From an uncultured Candidatus Actinomarina sp. (lineage in GTDB: Bacteria > Actinomycetota > Acidimicrobiia > Actinomarinales > Actinomarinaceae), in the NCBI GenBank assembly GCA_902619825.1, contig CACNFT010000001.1, positions 135,529 through 199,528 on the forward strand: a stretch of 64,000 nt of DNA, in the 5' to 3' direction. The notes beneath the pieces are model-generated. The model saw only the letters and a program-made list of their open reading frames with translations, ran no database searches and was not told where the DNA came from. Position 1 is the stretch's first letter, and every line of letters starts with the position of its first letter. The translations under genes and the position numbers were made by a program. Below, piece after piece: positions 16,799 through 27,704 of the stretch.

Positions 16799-19618
16799 TT
16801 ATTGTTGATTAAGGATTTCTAAAGCTTTATTTACAAGTTCTTCAACTTGAACAATTAGATCTTGATATTTTCCAAGATTTCCATCTGTTAACGCATTTTG
16901 TGCTTGATCAAATAAATCGCTAGCTTTATTTAATAAATCGATCGCACTTATATCTTCGGTATCATCAACATCTAAATCAAGATCAATTTCAAGGTCACCA
17001 AATACACCCTCAAGAGCAAGGGTAAGTGATTCGGCCATTATTATTCTGTCTTGGAAAACTACAACAACAAATTTAAATTCAGGTAGTGGGTTTTGCTCAC
17101 CCTGTAGATATATTGGTTGATAATAAAGTACAGACTGATTAATTGGAACAACAAAAAGATTACCTTTAATAACACTTGAACCTTGTTGGTCTAACAATGT
17201 AAATATTTGAGATATATCTGGATCCTGGTTTATTCTTGTAGCAACCTGAGATGGTCCATCTACGAATTCACCTTTAGGTAATTTAAAGTCGATTATTTGT
17301 CCATAGTTTTCTGGATCTGCATCCGCAACAAGGAAGGACTGCATATTCGGTCTATTTTCAGGGTTAAATGGTTGGAAGATTAGATAACTCAAATCACTCT
17401 CTCCTGGTAATGACATCAAAAGATAGTATGGAAGCATTGGTTTGAAGCCAATTTCGCTGAACTCACCTCTCAAAGTTGCAAGCCTTGGTGTAGTGGATGA
17501 ATCTGTAGGAATTACCCATGGATCCTCGTCAGCATAAAACACTCTTGGATCAGTCATGTGATAATCCCTGTACATGTCAGATTGAATCGTAAAGAGATCT
17601 TCTGGGTATCTTATGTGATTCAATAAATCTTGAGACATATTTGATTTATTATCAAAAAGAGATGGGAAGATTTCAGCATATGACTGAATCAATGGGTCAT
17701 TCTCATCAAAGACATAGAAATTCATCGTTCCGTCATAGGCGTTAACGACTGCTTTTACAGAGTTTCGAATGTAATTAAAGTTTACAGGCAGTCCAGATCT
17801 GTCATTAATTCTTGTTGTGTCAGCTGGTTGAGCATAAGGATATCTATCACTTAAGGTATAAAGATCAATAATCCAAAATAGGTTGCCATCAATTAATGCC
17901 AAATAAGGATCATTGTCAGTGTATAAGAAAGGAGCAGCTTTTTTAACCCTACTGATTATGTTCCTTTCCATAATTAGTTTTGAACCATCACTCAACTGAT
18001 TTGATATAAGTAGGTTTAATTCACTGTAACGTAGTGCGAATCCAAGTCTTTTAAAGAAAGAACCTATGCTAACTCCCCCATCACCTGAATAATTTGTGTA
18101 TGCAACAGATTGCCCCTCAGTTGATAATGGGTAATCTACTTCGTCTTGAAGAGAATTTACAACAACATATTCATCAGAGTCAGCTGATTCACCAAAATAT
18201 ATTCTTGGTTGGTCTACTTCAAGTTCAGCAACACTTGTATTTGCTGGAACACCCTTAACATAGAAGTCAGGTTGTCCTTGGCTAGCCACATTATTTGCCG
18301 GACTGAACACAACTCCAAAACCATGGGTGTACTGTAATTTTTGATTAACCCAACCCTGGGCAGGTAAGTTAGTTTGATCTAATTCTCTTGCAGATACCAT
18401 TACCTGAGTTAATTGACCATCAATCATATATCTGTCTACGTCGACTTCATCAAGAGCATAATAAGCTCTGATTTCTTGTAGCTGGCTATAAGTCTCAGCT
18501 AAAACAGTTGGATCCCATAATCTAATATTGTCGACTGTTTGAGAGTTGTCATTTATGTCATTTTGAGAAAGATTTGGTGAAGCTTCGAACTGTCTTTCTT
18601 CTATGGAGTCAAGTCCATATGCCAATCTTGTGTAATTAATATGATCTTCAACATAAGGTAGCTCTTTATTCAATTCGTCAGGAACAACTCTAAATCTTTG
18701 GATAGCAGCTGGAACAATTCCCCCAACGATGATAGATACTGCTAACCATAGACCGATTGCTGTTGTAGGAAGTAACCAACCTCTTCTCCTAATATTAACT
18801 AACAAGAGTACCGCTCCAAAAAGTGAAATTAGAATCAAAAGATTCAAGGCAGGTAAATGAGCTACAACATCTGTATAACTAGCGCCAAAAACTTTTCCAC
18901 GTGGCGAGTAAAGAAGCTCTAAAGCATCTAGCCTATATGCAACAGCTTTCAAAATAGCAATAAATGCTAGTAAAACAGATAGGTGTGCTTTTGCTCCGCT
19001 ACTAACTTCTGGTAACCTTCCAGGCCTTAATTGAAGAGCTCCAGTAGCAATAAAATACAAAATAATTACAAGCGATGTTAGAGTTACAAGTTGAAATCCC
19101 CAAGAAACAAAGAGTCTGTACAGGGGTAATCCATAAACATAACTTGAAACATCATAATTGAATACGGGATCACTAACACCAAAACCTTGTTGGTTTAGAA
19201 ATAATAAAACTTGTTCCCACAGTGTGGAGGCACCAGCACCTAAAAAGAGGGAAAGTGCTACTGCACCAGTCAACCTGAACCTAGCGAAGCGCTCACTTAC
19301 AAAACTCCTAAACCTCGCAAGAGGGTCTTCTGAGTCAAATGCTTCAAAAATATCCATAACTGGGGTTGCTCTTGTAGCCAGTCTTAAATTAGTAAATATA
19401 AAAATGAACGCAACTAGTGATGTAGCACCAACAAGTCCAGTCCTTGTTAATAAGATTTTTATCCAAACACTTTCTAACCCAACAGAATCGAACCATAAAT
19501 AATTTGTATAAATATTAGCAATACCTCTTGCTAATGAGAATCCAATGATTGCAATGAAAACAATGAAAGAAAATCCTCTTCTTTCAGAGTTTGTATTTAA
19601 ATTACCGATATTAACCAT
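16799..19618 (-). CDS. UPF0182-family large membrane protein
   Basis: 939 aa with an N-terminal multi-TM region and a large extracytoplasmic domain. This family is typical of Actinobacteria. Confidence 0.75.
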   Translation of the reverse strand: MVNIGNLNTNSERRGFSFIVFIAIIGFSLARGIANIYTNYLWFDSVGLESVWIKILLTRTGLVGATSLVAFIFIFTNLRLATRATPVMDIFEAFDSEDPLARFRSFVSERFARFRLTGAVALSLFLGAGASTLWEQVLLFLNQQGFGVSDPVFNYDVSSYVYGLPLYRLFVSWGFQLVTLTSLVIILYFIATGALQLRPGRLPEVSSGAKAHLSVLLAFIAILKAVAYRLDALELLYSPRGKVFGASYTDVVAHLPALNLLILISLFGAVLLLVNIRRRGWLLPTTAIGLWLAVSIIVGGIVPAAIQRFRVVPDELNKELPYVEDHINYTRLAYGLDSIEERQFEASPNLSQNDINDNSQTVDNIRLWDPTVLAETYSQLQEIRAYYALDEVDVDRYMIDGQLTQVMVSARELDQTNLPAQGWVNQKLQYTHGFGVVFSPANNVASQGQPDFYVKGVPANTSVAELEVDQPRIYFGESADSDEYVVVNSLQDEVDYPLSTEGQSVAYTNYSGDGGVSIGSFFKRLGFALRYSELNLLISNQLSDGSKLIMERNIISRVKKAAPFLYTDNDPYLALIDGNLFWIIDLYTLSDRYPYAQPADTTRINDRSGLPVNFNYIRNSVKAVVNAYDGTMNFYVFDENDPLIQSYAEIFPSLFDNKSNMSQDLLNHIRYPEDLFTIQSDMYRDYHMTDPRVFYADEDPWVIPTDSSTTPRLATLRGEFSEIGFKPMLPYYLLMSLPGESDLSYLIFQPFNPENRPNMQSFLVADADPENYGQIIDFKLPKGEFVDGPSQVATRINQDPDISQIFTLLDQQGSSVIKGNLFVVPINQSVLYYQPIYLQGEQNPLPEFKFVVVVFQDRIIMAESLTLALEGVFGDLEIDLDLDVDDTEDISAIDLLNKASDLFDQAQNALTDGNLGKYQDLIVQVEELVNKALEILNQQ

Positions 19619-19646
19619 GTAAATTAATTGTATTTATGTTTCGTCT

Positions 19647-20657
19647 TTAACGTGAACTAAACTCAAAAATTACATCCAAAGCTTCTTGAAATGAATCAAC
19701 AGCGACAATTAAAGTATTTTCATCGGAATAAGCATCTGCTTCTGAAAAGTTAGCTGTCGGAACCAAAATCAAAGATGCGTCAGCTCGTTTTGCAGCAATT
19801 ACTTTTTGTTTTACACCTCCGACAGGCCCTACTGATCCATCAATTTCAATTGTTCCTGTTCCAGCAATTTTCTCTCCATGTGTAATGTCACTTTCAGTTA
19901 ACAAATTATAAACATTAAGAGCCATCATCATTCCAGCAGAGGGGCCTCCAACATTTCCAGTTTTGATATCGATATCAATAGGAAATATAAATTTTTGATT
20001 TGGTGTTGAGGCTAGAAATCCTACCATCGGTTCATTTTCATATTCAACATGTTCTATCAAAGTTGTTTTAAACTGAGTAGGTTTATCACCTCTAATTAGA
20101 CCAATTTCTACTGTGTCACCAATCTTATAGGTTCTGAGTAATGATATGAATTCTGAAGTGGATTTAATATTTTCATTATTGATTGAAACAATTAAGTCAT
20201 TTTTAAAGAGTTTGTCTTTTACAGGTGAGTCATCAAGCAAACCTACAACTAAAACACCGTCACCCTCAGATGTTACATCATAGCCAAGCGAATCAAGAGC
20301 TACTGCGATTGCGACATTTTCAGAGTTCATCATATTTTGCATGCTAATCTCTGATAATTCCTGAGGTGTTACACCATCCGGTAAAATAACCTCTCTAGGA
20401 TAAAGATCAATTTCATTATTTAAATTTGCCCAAGCATAAACAAAATAATTAGCTTCATCTCTTCTTACAGTCAATTGAAATAAGTTACCCTCAGAATCAA
20501 ACGTTTTTGTGTCACTGACTTCAATATTCCACTGATAAGGAGGGCCGGGAGACATGAAATAATAGTCTGATTTTGCAAATCCAAAAGGAAAAATAACGAT
20601 TAAGTATGTAACAAGTATAAGTTTTAATACTTTATTCTTTTGAAAGAATTTCTTCAT
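19647..20657 (-). CDS. PDZ domain / Lon-like (S16) protease, YlbL-like
   Basis: Signal anchor, a PDZ-like middle region and the Lon catalytic GPSAG motif. Confidence 0.7.
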   Translation of the reverse strand: MKKFFQKNKVLKLILVTYLIVIFPFGFAKSDYYFMSPGPPYQWNIEVSDTKTFDSEGNLFQLTVRRDEANYFVYAWANLNNEIDLYPREVILPDGVTPQELSEISMQNMMNSENVAIAVALDSLGYDVTSEGDGVLVVGLLDDSPVKDKLFKNDLIVSINNENIKSTSEFISLLRTYKIGDTVEIGLIRGDKPTQFKTTLIEHVEYENEPMVGFLASTPNQKFIFPIDIDIKTGNVGGPSAGMMMALNVYNLLTESDITHGEKIAGTGTIEIDGSVGPVGGVKQKVIAAKRADASLILVPTANFSEADAYSDENTLIVAVDSFQEALDVIFEFSSR

Positions 20658-20687
20658 ATGTAAATGTTAATTTAAACAATTATATAT

Positions 20688-20720
20688 AAAAAAAGAGCCG
20701 GTTAAACCGGCTCTTTTTAG
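20688..20720 (-). terminator. Rho-independent terminator (bidirectional hairpin) after the ABC-transporter operon
   Basis: AAAAAAAGAGCCGGTTAAACCGGCTCTTTTT: a GC-rich stem flanked by an A-run and a T-run. Confidence 0.55.
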
Positions 20721-20734
20721 TTATTCAAATTATA

Positions 20735-22138
20735 TTATGAACAAGGTCCTACAGACCAATCATAAGCACTTGCAGATGGACCTACATAGTCTTTTTTAAC
20801 TACTACAGCTCCACTACCAACACTTCCGTCTGGTTTTGTAATGGTACTTGCAACATCAGGTAATCCTGATCCTAATTTCTTCTCAGGCATCATACCGTCA
20901 GAACTAACTGTAACGTTAGTTGCTGCTCTTCTAATACCTGCTTTAGTAAGATCTCCACCTTTTACAGCTGCTTCAAGTACACCCTTTAGGTGATATTGCG
21001 AACCCCATCCTCCAACGAAGAATGTGCTTGCACTATCGGTTATTTGACCCAGTGTTTGTCTCATTGTTGCGTGACCAACAGTATCTGCCTCATAAGGTGC
21101 GATACCAAAAGACATTGCATATATGAGTCCTGATTCAAATAAACCTTTTACAGCTGAACCTTCAGCCACAAAAGCATCGTTATATGATGTTCCTAGGAAC
21201 ATAGCAAAAGGAGTAACTCCTTGTTGTGCTGCTCCACCAGCAACTTGAGGTGCTACGGCTAATCCAGTTGCTAAGAAATAAGCGTCAACTGGTTTTGTAA
21301 CCAGTAAACCAACGGCTTGAGTAACGTCAAACTCTGTTGGAGGTGCTAAATATTCCCATGCAACTTCAACGCCTGCATTCGCAGCTGCTGCTTTAATTCC
21401 AAATGCGAAATCCTTACCATAGTCACTTTCGTAACCGATGATTCCAACAGTGTTTATATCAACTAAACCACCTGTTAGAGGACCAGCATTTGCAGATGCC
21501 CAATCCATAGCATTCATTCCGTCTGCACAATATTGTGTTCCGAATTCAATTACTGTAGAAGCATCTACGCCTTTATAGGCCCAACCTGACCACCAGCTCA
21601 TTGGTACTGCTACCATGTCATCTTCATTTAAGTTATCTAAAATAAATAATGTCTGCGGTGTTCCAAGTGACATAGAGAAAGCTGCAACTGAATCTTTGAG
21701 TGAGTTATAACCTTCTAAATGTTTTTGTGGATTGTATGACGCATCAAATCCTTCTCGAATTGCCACACTATAATCTCCAATTCCACCTGTTGAATTAGCC
21801 CAGAGCCAAAATGCTCTCTGTCCAATATCGAGAGCTGGCCCAGCAGCTCCGAAAGGTCCTGAATAGTCATTTAACATTCCTAGATAAATACAACCTTTGG
21901 TTGGATCTGCTCCAGTTGGAATGTTAGATATAACTTCGGGACAAGCCTCTTCTGTAATTCCAACACCTGTTTTTACTGTACCGGCTGTTGTTACAGCTGG
22001 TGAGTCAAGTGTTTCAGTTACTTCTTCTGCAACTACCTCTTCTACTTCAGAAGTTTCTTCGGTAGCTCCACCACAAGCAACAAGAATTAGGGCTAGAATC
22101 GAAAAAATTATGATTCCTTGCTTACGCAATGGTTTCAT
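20735..22138 (-). CDS. ABC transporter substrate-binding lipoprotein (LivK/branched-chain-type family)
   Basis: Lipobox LVACGG followed by an acidic linker and a periplasmic-binding-protein type I fold. Confidence 0.75.
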   Translation of the reverse strand: MKPLRKQGIIIFSILALILVACGGATEETSEVEEVVAEEVTETLDSPAVTTAGTVKTGVGITEEACPEVISNIPTGADPTKGCIYLGMLNDYSGPFGAAGPALDIGQRAFWLWANSTGGIGDYSVAIREGFDASYNPQKHLEGYNSLKDSVAAFSMSLGTPQTLFILDNLNEDDMVAVPMSWWSGWAYKGVDASTVIEFGTQYCADGMNAMDWASANAGPLTGGLVDINTVGIIGYESDYGKDFAFGIKAAAANAGVEVAWEYLAPPTEFDVTQAVGLLVTKPVDAYFLATGLAVAPQVAGGAAQQGVTPFAMFLGTSYNDAFVAEGSAVKGLFESGLIYAMSFGIAPYEADTVGHATMRQTLGQITDSASTFFVGGWGSQYHLKGVLEAAVKGGDLTKAGIRRAATNVTVSSDGMMPEKKLGSGLPDVASTITKPDGSVGSGAVVVKKDYVGPSASAYDWSVGPCS

Positions 22139-22192
22139 TTTTCCCCCTTATTATTAGTACTAATACAAGTAGATTACTATATGTTTTCGAAT

Positions 22193-23296
22193 TTAGTAGG
22201 AAAAAGGCCATGCTTTAAAATAATTTCGTAACCTAAACCATATTCCCCATAATCCCCTAGGTTCAAAAATTAAAAATAATATGATAAAAAGACCAAAAAT
22301 GATTCGTTCAATTTGTTGAGGTGTAATTAAAAGATCTTGCTCACTTAAGTTTGATGACAACACAACATATTGTATTATTGCTGGGAAAAGGACATAGAAA
22401 AAGGCTCCAAATAGTGGACCAAGTACTGTACCTGCTCCACCAATAATCACTATTGCGATGAAAAGTATAGAATAAAGTAGATTAAATGTACCTGGCTCGA
22501 CTCCACCAAATGTAGTTGTTAATAATGCACCAGCAACACCACCATAAAAACACGATATTGCAAGAGCACTTGCCTTAAATTTAAATAAATTAATGCCCAA
22601 TGCCTCAGCCGCAATATCTCTATCTCTGATTGCTGCAAAAGCTCTTCCAGTCTTTGATCTAACTAAATTTTTTACGCCCAAGCCTAACAAGACTGCAACC
22701 AGTAGAGAAATTAAATACAAAATTTGATTTTTTTGAATTAAGAAATCTCCTATTTGATATCCAGAATTGAGGTCAATTCCAAAAATATTTAATTTTGCAG
22801 CTTTTCTTCCAAGTCCTGAACCTCCAGTAACAAATGTCATATTATTAAAAAAGTGAGCTCCAATAAATACAAAAGCTAAAGTAACAAGACCTAAATTAAG
22901 CCCTTTTAATCTCACAGCAATAGGTGAAATAATTAGACCTATTAGAGCAGCAGCAATTCCTGAAAGAGGAAGCCATATAATTAGATCAAGTTCAAATCCA
23001 ATTACACTTCTTGTTGCTACACCACCTAACACAGCCGAAGTATAAGTTCCTATTCCAACAAATACACCATGCGCTAAATTGATCTGTCCAGCAAGTCCAG
23101 ACACAATATTCAAACCCCAAGCTGCAATAGAAACGAGTAAAGCATTAGTTAGTAGGATAAGCCAATAGTCAGAAGCTATAAAACAAACATAAATTGAAGC
23201 TATTAATAAAGTGATGAACCAGAATTTCTGAGTGTTGTTTGGAAAAATAGATATTTCTTTTTGATATGATGTAAATAAATCTGGACGCTTACTCAT
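22193..23296 (-). CDS. Branched-chain-type ABC transporter permease (LivM-like)
   Basis: Multi-TM permease of the LivM family. Confidence 0.8.
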   Translation of the reverse strand: MSKRPDLFTSYQKEISIFPNNTQKFWFITLLIASIYVCFIASDYWLILLTNALLVSIAAWGLNIVSGLAGQINLAHGVFVGIGTYTSAVLGGVATRSVIGFELDLIIWLPLSGIAAALIGLIISPIAVRLKGLNLGLVTLAFVFIGAHFFNNMTFVTGGSGLGRKAAKLNIFGIDLNSGYQIGDFLIQKNQILYLISLLVAVLLGLGVKNLVRSKTGRAFAAIRDRDIAAEALGINLFKFKASALAISCFYGGVAGALLTTTFGGVEPGTFNLLYSILFIAIVIIGGAGTVLGPLFGAFFYVLFPAIIQYVVLSSNLSEQDLLITPQQIERIIFGLFIILFLIFEPRGLWGIWFRLRNYFKAWPFSY

Positions 23297-24213
23297 ACTC
23301 TCTCTACTTCTTCAGTCCCAAATAGTCCATGAGGTTTTACGAGAAGAATTACAAACATAATTAGATATGGTGCAACAATTGAAAATCCATTTCCTAACTT
23401 GATGTTATAAGCACTTTCAATGTCAAATTGATAATAACCAACATATGCTTGAGTTAATCCAATAATTAATGAACCAATAATTGCTCCTGTTATGGAATCA
23501 AGCCCTCCAATTACAACTGCAGGAAGTGCTCGAAGAGCAGAAATAAAACTTGTATTAGTTAATGTGTTGAATCCACCGGTTATGAAAAAGCCAGCAAATG
23601 CTGCTAATAATCCAGCAATAAACCAAACTAATCCAAAGACTCTTCCGACATTAATTCCCTGTGCTAATGCTGCTTCTTGGTCAAGAGAAGTTGCTCTCAT
23701 TGCAACACCATATTTTGATCTTTTGAAAAAGACAGAAAGGATAGAAATTAGAATTAACGATGTTATTAATGCTGTAACCTCTAAATACTTTATTGTAAGA
23801 CCCCCGATATTTAGCGAGCCAAAATTTCCATAACTTGGAAACGGATCACCCATGTATTTTGGATTAATCCCTATCCAATTGTCTAATATAACTCGAAGCA
23901 ATATATCAATTCCTATTGTAAGTACCGCAACTGAAAAAACAGGCTCTCCTACCATTGGCCTTAAAAAAGTTCTCTCTAAAATAAAACCAAGTAGGCCTGT
24001 CAAAATGATACCTATGATAAATGCAAATATGAATGGTATACCTAACTGTGTTGCAAAATAACTTATAAATCCGGCTCCAACAACCACCATCGCAGGTTGA
24101 GCAAAACTTAAAACATCTGTAGCTCTAAAGATTAAAACAAATCCTATAGCAACTAATGAATAAACTGCTCCTAATGATAAACCTTCAAATGTTGCTTGGA
24201 GAAAAATATTCAT
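23293..24213 (-). CDS. Branched-chain-type ABC transporter permease (LivH-like)
   Basis: Multi-TM permease of the LivH family. Confidence 0.8.
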   Translation of the reverse strand: MNIFLQATFEGLSLGAVYSLVAIGFVLIFRATDVLSFAQPAMVVVGAGFISYFATQLGIPFIFAFIIGIILTGLLGFILERTFLRPMVGEPVFSVAVLTIGIDILLRVILDNWIGINPKYMGDPFPSYGNFGSLNIGGLTIKYLEVTALITSLILISILSVFFKRSKYGVAMRATSLDQEAALAQGINVGRVFGLVWFIAGLLAAFAGFFITGGFNTLTNTSFISALRALPAVVIGGLDSITGAIIGSLIIGLTQAYVGYYQFDIESAYNIKLGNGFSIVAPYLIMFVILLVKPHGLFGTEEVERV

Positions 24214-26051
24214 TTGTACATGTCATCAATTAGATCAGCAAATTTTTCCATAATCACATTTCTTTTTGCTTTTTGAGTAGCTGTAAGATCACCATCTTCA
24301 TGATCTAACTCTTTAGTTATCATTCTGAATTTTCTTAATTCAAGCGTTGATGTTAATTCATTTGCCTTTAGTATCTCATTCCAGATGAGTTTTTGTACTT
24401 CTTCATTTTCAGACAAATTCCTGTAAGTTGTATGGGGTATATTCTTCCTGAGTGCCCAATTAGAAACAATGTCATACTCAATACCAATTAGACAGGATAG
24501 AAATTTTCTATCATCACCAATTACTATTGCTTCCTTTATGTATGGTGAGGTTTTTAAATTATTTTCTATTTCAGATGGTGAAACATTTTTTCCACCACTT
24601 GTAATAATGATATCTTTTTTTCGATCAATAATTTTTAAGAACTCGCCATCATACTCTCCAACATCACCCGTGTACAACCATCCATCTTTATCAATCGTTT
24701 CTTTTGTAGCTTCTTCATTTTTGTAATAGCCAAGAAATACTCCAGGATGTCTTACAAGTATCTCTCCATCATCAGCTAGCCTTATTTCAACATCAGGTTG
24801 AGGAACTCCTACAGTACCTAACTTTACGCTGCCAGGTTTATTTCCCGTGGCTACTGCACTGTTTTCTGTCATCCCATATCCCTCATAGATAGGCACTCCC
24901 ATATTCATAAAGAATTTTAAAATTTCAGGAGCTATTGGAGCTGCACCAGATACTGCATTATCAACATTTAAAAGACCAAGTTTCTTTTTTAGAGCTCTGA
25001 AGCAGATTACCTGAGCAATAAAATTTGTGACTTTAGCCATGAAATCATCCTCACCGATATTAAGTCTTCGATTTGCCGAAAAATTTCCTAACTTCGATGC
25101 TGTCGCAAATAGTAATTTTTTTAATCTTGATGCATCTTTCATCCTTACAAGAGTTCCGGCATGCATGCGTTCAAGAATTCTTGGAACTGCAGGAAACATT
25201 GAAGGTTGAACTTCGGCTAGATCTCTTTGTACAGTATCGATTGATTCTGCAAAGTTAATCGTTCCCATGACATGAATAGCCACAATGATATCTATTAATC
25301 TCCCAAAAATATGACAAATTGGTAGATATGATAAAAATTCAGGATTACTTATTCCTGGTGTAAAAGATAATTTAGGAATAATTGAACCACACCACTCTAA
25401 ATTGCCGTGAGATATCATAGAACCTTTAGGAGCTCCAGTAGTACCTGATGTATATATCAAACAGGCTACATCACCTGATTCAATTTCTTCCATTCTTGAT
25501 GTAACAAAATCATTGTTTTTTTCATACTCTTCTTTTCCAATAGCTAAGAAATCATTCCATGACATAAGTATGTCTTCTTTATAACTTACAACTCCCCTGT
25601 CTTCAAAATATATAATTTTTTGTAAATTAGGTAATTCATCCATTACTTCTAGAGCTTTATCAACTTGTTCTTGATCCTCTGCAAAAAGTATTTTTGTTTC
25701 TGAATGCCCAAGCAGGTATTTAACTTCTGATGGGGGATTTGTTGGATAGAGTCCAACAGTTATTGCTCTTATAGATTGAATACCAATATCTGCGATGATC
25801 CACTCGGGTCTATTTTCAGAATGCACTGCTGCTTTATCGAATCTATCTACACCAAAATAGTTTAATGCGCATCCAACCCACTGTGCTTGGTCCCAGAAGC
25901 TTTGATATGATATTTCACTCCAGATTCCAAATCTTTTGTCCCTGAATGCAACTCTTTCAGGAAATCGGGAAGCAATCTCGTTAACTTTCCTACAGGGAGT
26001 ACTTCCTCCATTTTCAATAATTTCACTAAATATGTTTTCCATTGTTAACAT
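24210..26051 (-). CDS. Long-chain acyl-CoA synthetase (AMP-binding)
   Basis: AMP-binding motif YTSGTTGAPKG and core. It is embedded between the permease and ATPase genes. Confidence 0.8.
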   Translation of the reverse strand: MLTMENIFSEIIENGGSTPCRKVNEIASRFPERVAFRDKRFGIWSEISYQSFWDQAQWVGCALNYFGVDRFDKAAVHSENRPEWIIADIGIQSIRAITVGLYPTNPPSEVKYLLGHSETKILFAEDQEQVDKALEVMDELPNLQKIIYFEDRGVVSYKEDILMSWNDFLAIGKEEYEKNNDFVTSRMEEIESGDVACLIYTSGTTGAPKGSMISHGNLEWCGSIIPKLSFTPGISNPEFLSYLPICHIFGRLIDIIVAIHVMGTINFAESIDTVQRDLAEVQPSMFPAVPRILERMHAGTLVRMKDASRLKKLLFATASKLGNFSANRRLNIGEDDFMAKVTNFIAQVICFRALKKKLGLLNVDNAVSGAAPIAPEILKFFMNMGVPIYEGYGMTENSAVATGNKPGSVKLGTVGVPQPDVEIRLADDGEILVRHPGVFLGYYKNEEATKETIDKDGWLYTGDVGEYDGEFLKIIDRKKDIIITSGGKNVSPSEIENNLKTSPYIKEAIVIGDDRKFLSCLIGIEYDIVSNWALRKNIPHTTYRNLSENEEVQKLIWNEILKANELTSTLELRKFRMITKELDHEDGDLTATQKAKRNVIMEKFADLIDDMYK

Positions 26052-26053
26052 GT

Positions 26054-26830
26054 TTAATCACTCACTCCTAAATATGCTTCAATGACAGACTGGTCTTTTG
26101 CAGCATCTGTTGGTGAACCTGAAAATAATTTCTTTCCAAAGTCCATCACAATAACATCAGTTGCTATATCCATAACCATATTCATATCATGATCTACCAA
26201 TATAATCGTTACTCCTAATTCTTCATGTATATCTAGTATAAATCTCGCAATATCTTCTGTTTCCTCGTTGTTCATTCCTGCAGCTGGTTCATCTAGTAAA
26301 AGTACATCCGGTTTCATAGCTAAGGCTCTTCCAAGCTCTATTCTTTTTTGTATTCCATAAGGCAGCGACAAAATATATGAAAATCTATGTTCTTCAATTT
26401 CTAAAAAGTCAATCACATCCTCTGCAATATTTCTTGCTTCATCTTCTTGGATTCTAACTTTTTTTGTCCTAAATAAACTAGAAACCGCCCCATAGTTAAT
26501 GTGCTTATGAGCACCAATTAAAATATTGTCCAACGCTGTCATATTTTCAAATAGTTCAATGTTTTGAAAAGTTCGTGATACACCCATATTTGCAATATCA
26601 TCTGGTTTCATGTCTTTAATTGATTTATCAAATATTTTTATTTCACCTGAAGTAGGCCTGTATATTCCATTGATACAGTTAAAGACCGAGGTTTTTCCTG
26701 CACCATTAGGACCAATAATTGAAAATAATGACCCTTCTTTTACTTCAAAAGATATACCATCAAGAGCTTTTACTCCTCCAAAGTTCAACCCAACATCTTT
26801 AAATTCAATTACATTTTTCATGACAACCAA
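26054..26830 (-). CDS. ABC transporter ATP-binding protein (LivG-like)
   Basis: Walker A GPNGAGKTS, signature, and the LivG C-terminal extension. Confidence 0.85.
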   Translation of the reverse strand: MVVMKNVIEFKDVGLNFGGVKALDGISFEVKEGSLFSIIGPNGAGKTSVFNCINGIYRPTSGEIKIFDKSIKDMKPDDIANMGVSRTFQNIELFENMTALDNILIGAHKHINYGAVSSLFRTKKVRIQEDEARNIAEDVIDFLEIEEHRFSYILSLPYGIQKRIELGRALAMKPDVLLLDEPAAGMNNEETEDIARFILDIHEELGVTIILVDHDMNMVMDIATDVIVMDFGKKLFSGSPTDAAKDQSVIEAYLGVSD

Positions 26831-27606
26831 CGTTTCTTACGTTTATAGTGTTTTACATCCTTAAAGGATTTTCTATCCGTTCCTTCAGCATTCAAGCCAA
26901 GATAAAATTCTTGAACGTCTTGATCTTGTAACAATTTTGAACTTGGATTGTCCATCACAATATTTCCTGTTTCCATAATGTACCCGTGAGAGGATATCTT
27001 TAATGCCATATTTGCATTTTGTTCCACTAACAAAACAGTTACGCCTTGACTATTTATTTCCAAAATTAGCTCAGATATTTGTTGAACTAACTTAGGAGCC
27101 AAACCAAGGCTCGGTTCATCCAATAAGAGATACTTTGGATTTGACATTAAAGCTCTGCCAATAGCTAGCATTTGTTGTTCTCCACCAGACATGTATCCTG
27201 CAATATTTTTATCTCTGTCTTTTAAAACAGGAAATAAATTAAAAACCCTATCTATATTCTCATCAATGGATTCATTTGCAGTAAAGCCACCAAGTCTTAA
27301 ATTTTCTCTCACAGTTAATTCTGAAAATATACGCCTTCCTTCTAATACTTGTGCAATACCTAACTGAACAATTTTTGATGGCAGTGCATTTGTAATTTCT
27401 TCATCCTCAATGAAAATTTTTCCTTTTGTAATATCTCCGTTTTGAGTGTCTAATAAACCGGTTATTGCACGAAGAGCGGTTGTTTTTCCAGATCCATTAC
27501 TACCTAGTAGCGAGACAATTTGACCTTTAGGTACTTCAAAAGATACACCTCTCAAAACTAAAATAACGTCTTGATAAACAACTTCTAAATTTTGAACTGA
27601 TAACAC
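26818..27606 (-). CDS. ABC transporter ATP-binding protein (LivF-like)
   Basis: Walker A GSNGSGKTT and the ABC signature. Confidence 0.85.
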   Translation of the reverse strand: MLSVQNLEVVYQDVILVLRGVSFEVPKGQIVSLLGSNGSGKTTALRAITGLLDTQNGDITKGKIFIEDEEITNALPSKIVQLGIAQVLEGRRIFSELTVRENLRLGGFTANESIDENIDRVFNLFPVLKDRDKNIAGYMSGGEQQMLAIGRALMSNPKYLLLDEPSLGLAPKLVQQISELILEINSQGVTVLLVEQNANMALKISSHGYIMETGNIVMDNPSSKLLQDQDVQEFYLGLNAEGTDRKSFKDVKHYKRKKRWLS

Positions 27607-27704
27607 TATGTATTTACTTTAACTTAATCAAATTAATTTTACTAAAAAAATAAGAGATAGGTTTTCAAAAACAAGTACAACTGAGACATACTTAATATTG
27701 TTAT

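Noticed and set aside
19158-19502. 114-aa plus-strand ORF inside the UPF0182 gene
   Set aside because: It is antisense to a conserved long CDS.
21897-25258. Several 60-113-aa plus-strand ORFs inside the liv-type operon genes
   Set aside because: All are antisense to well-supported permease, ATPase or ligase CDSs.
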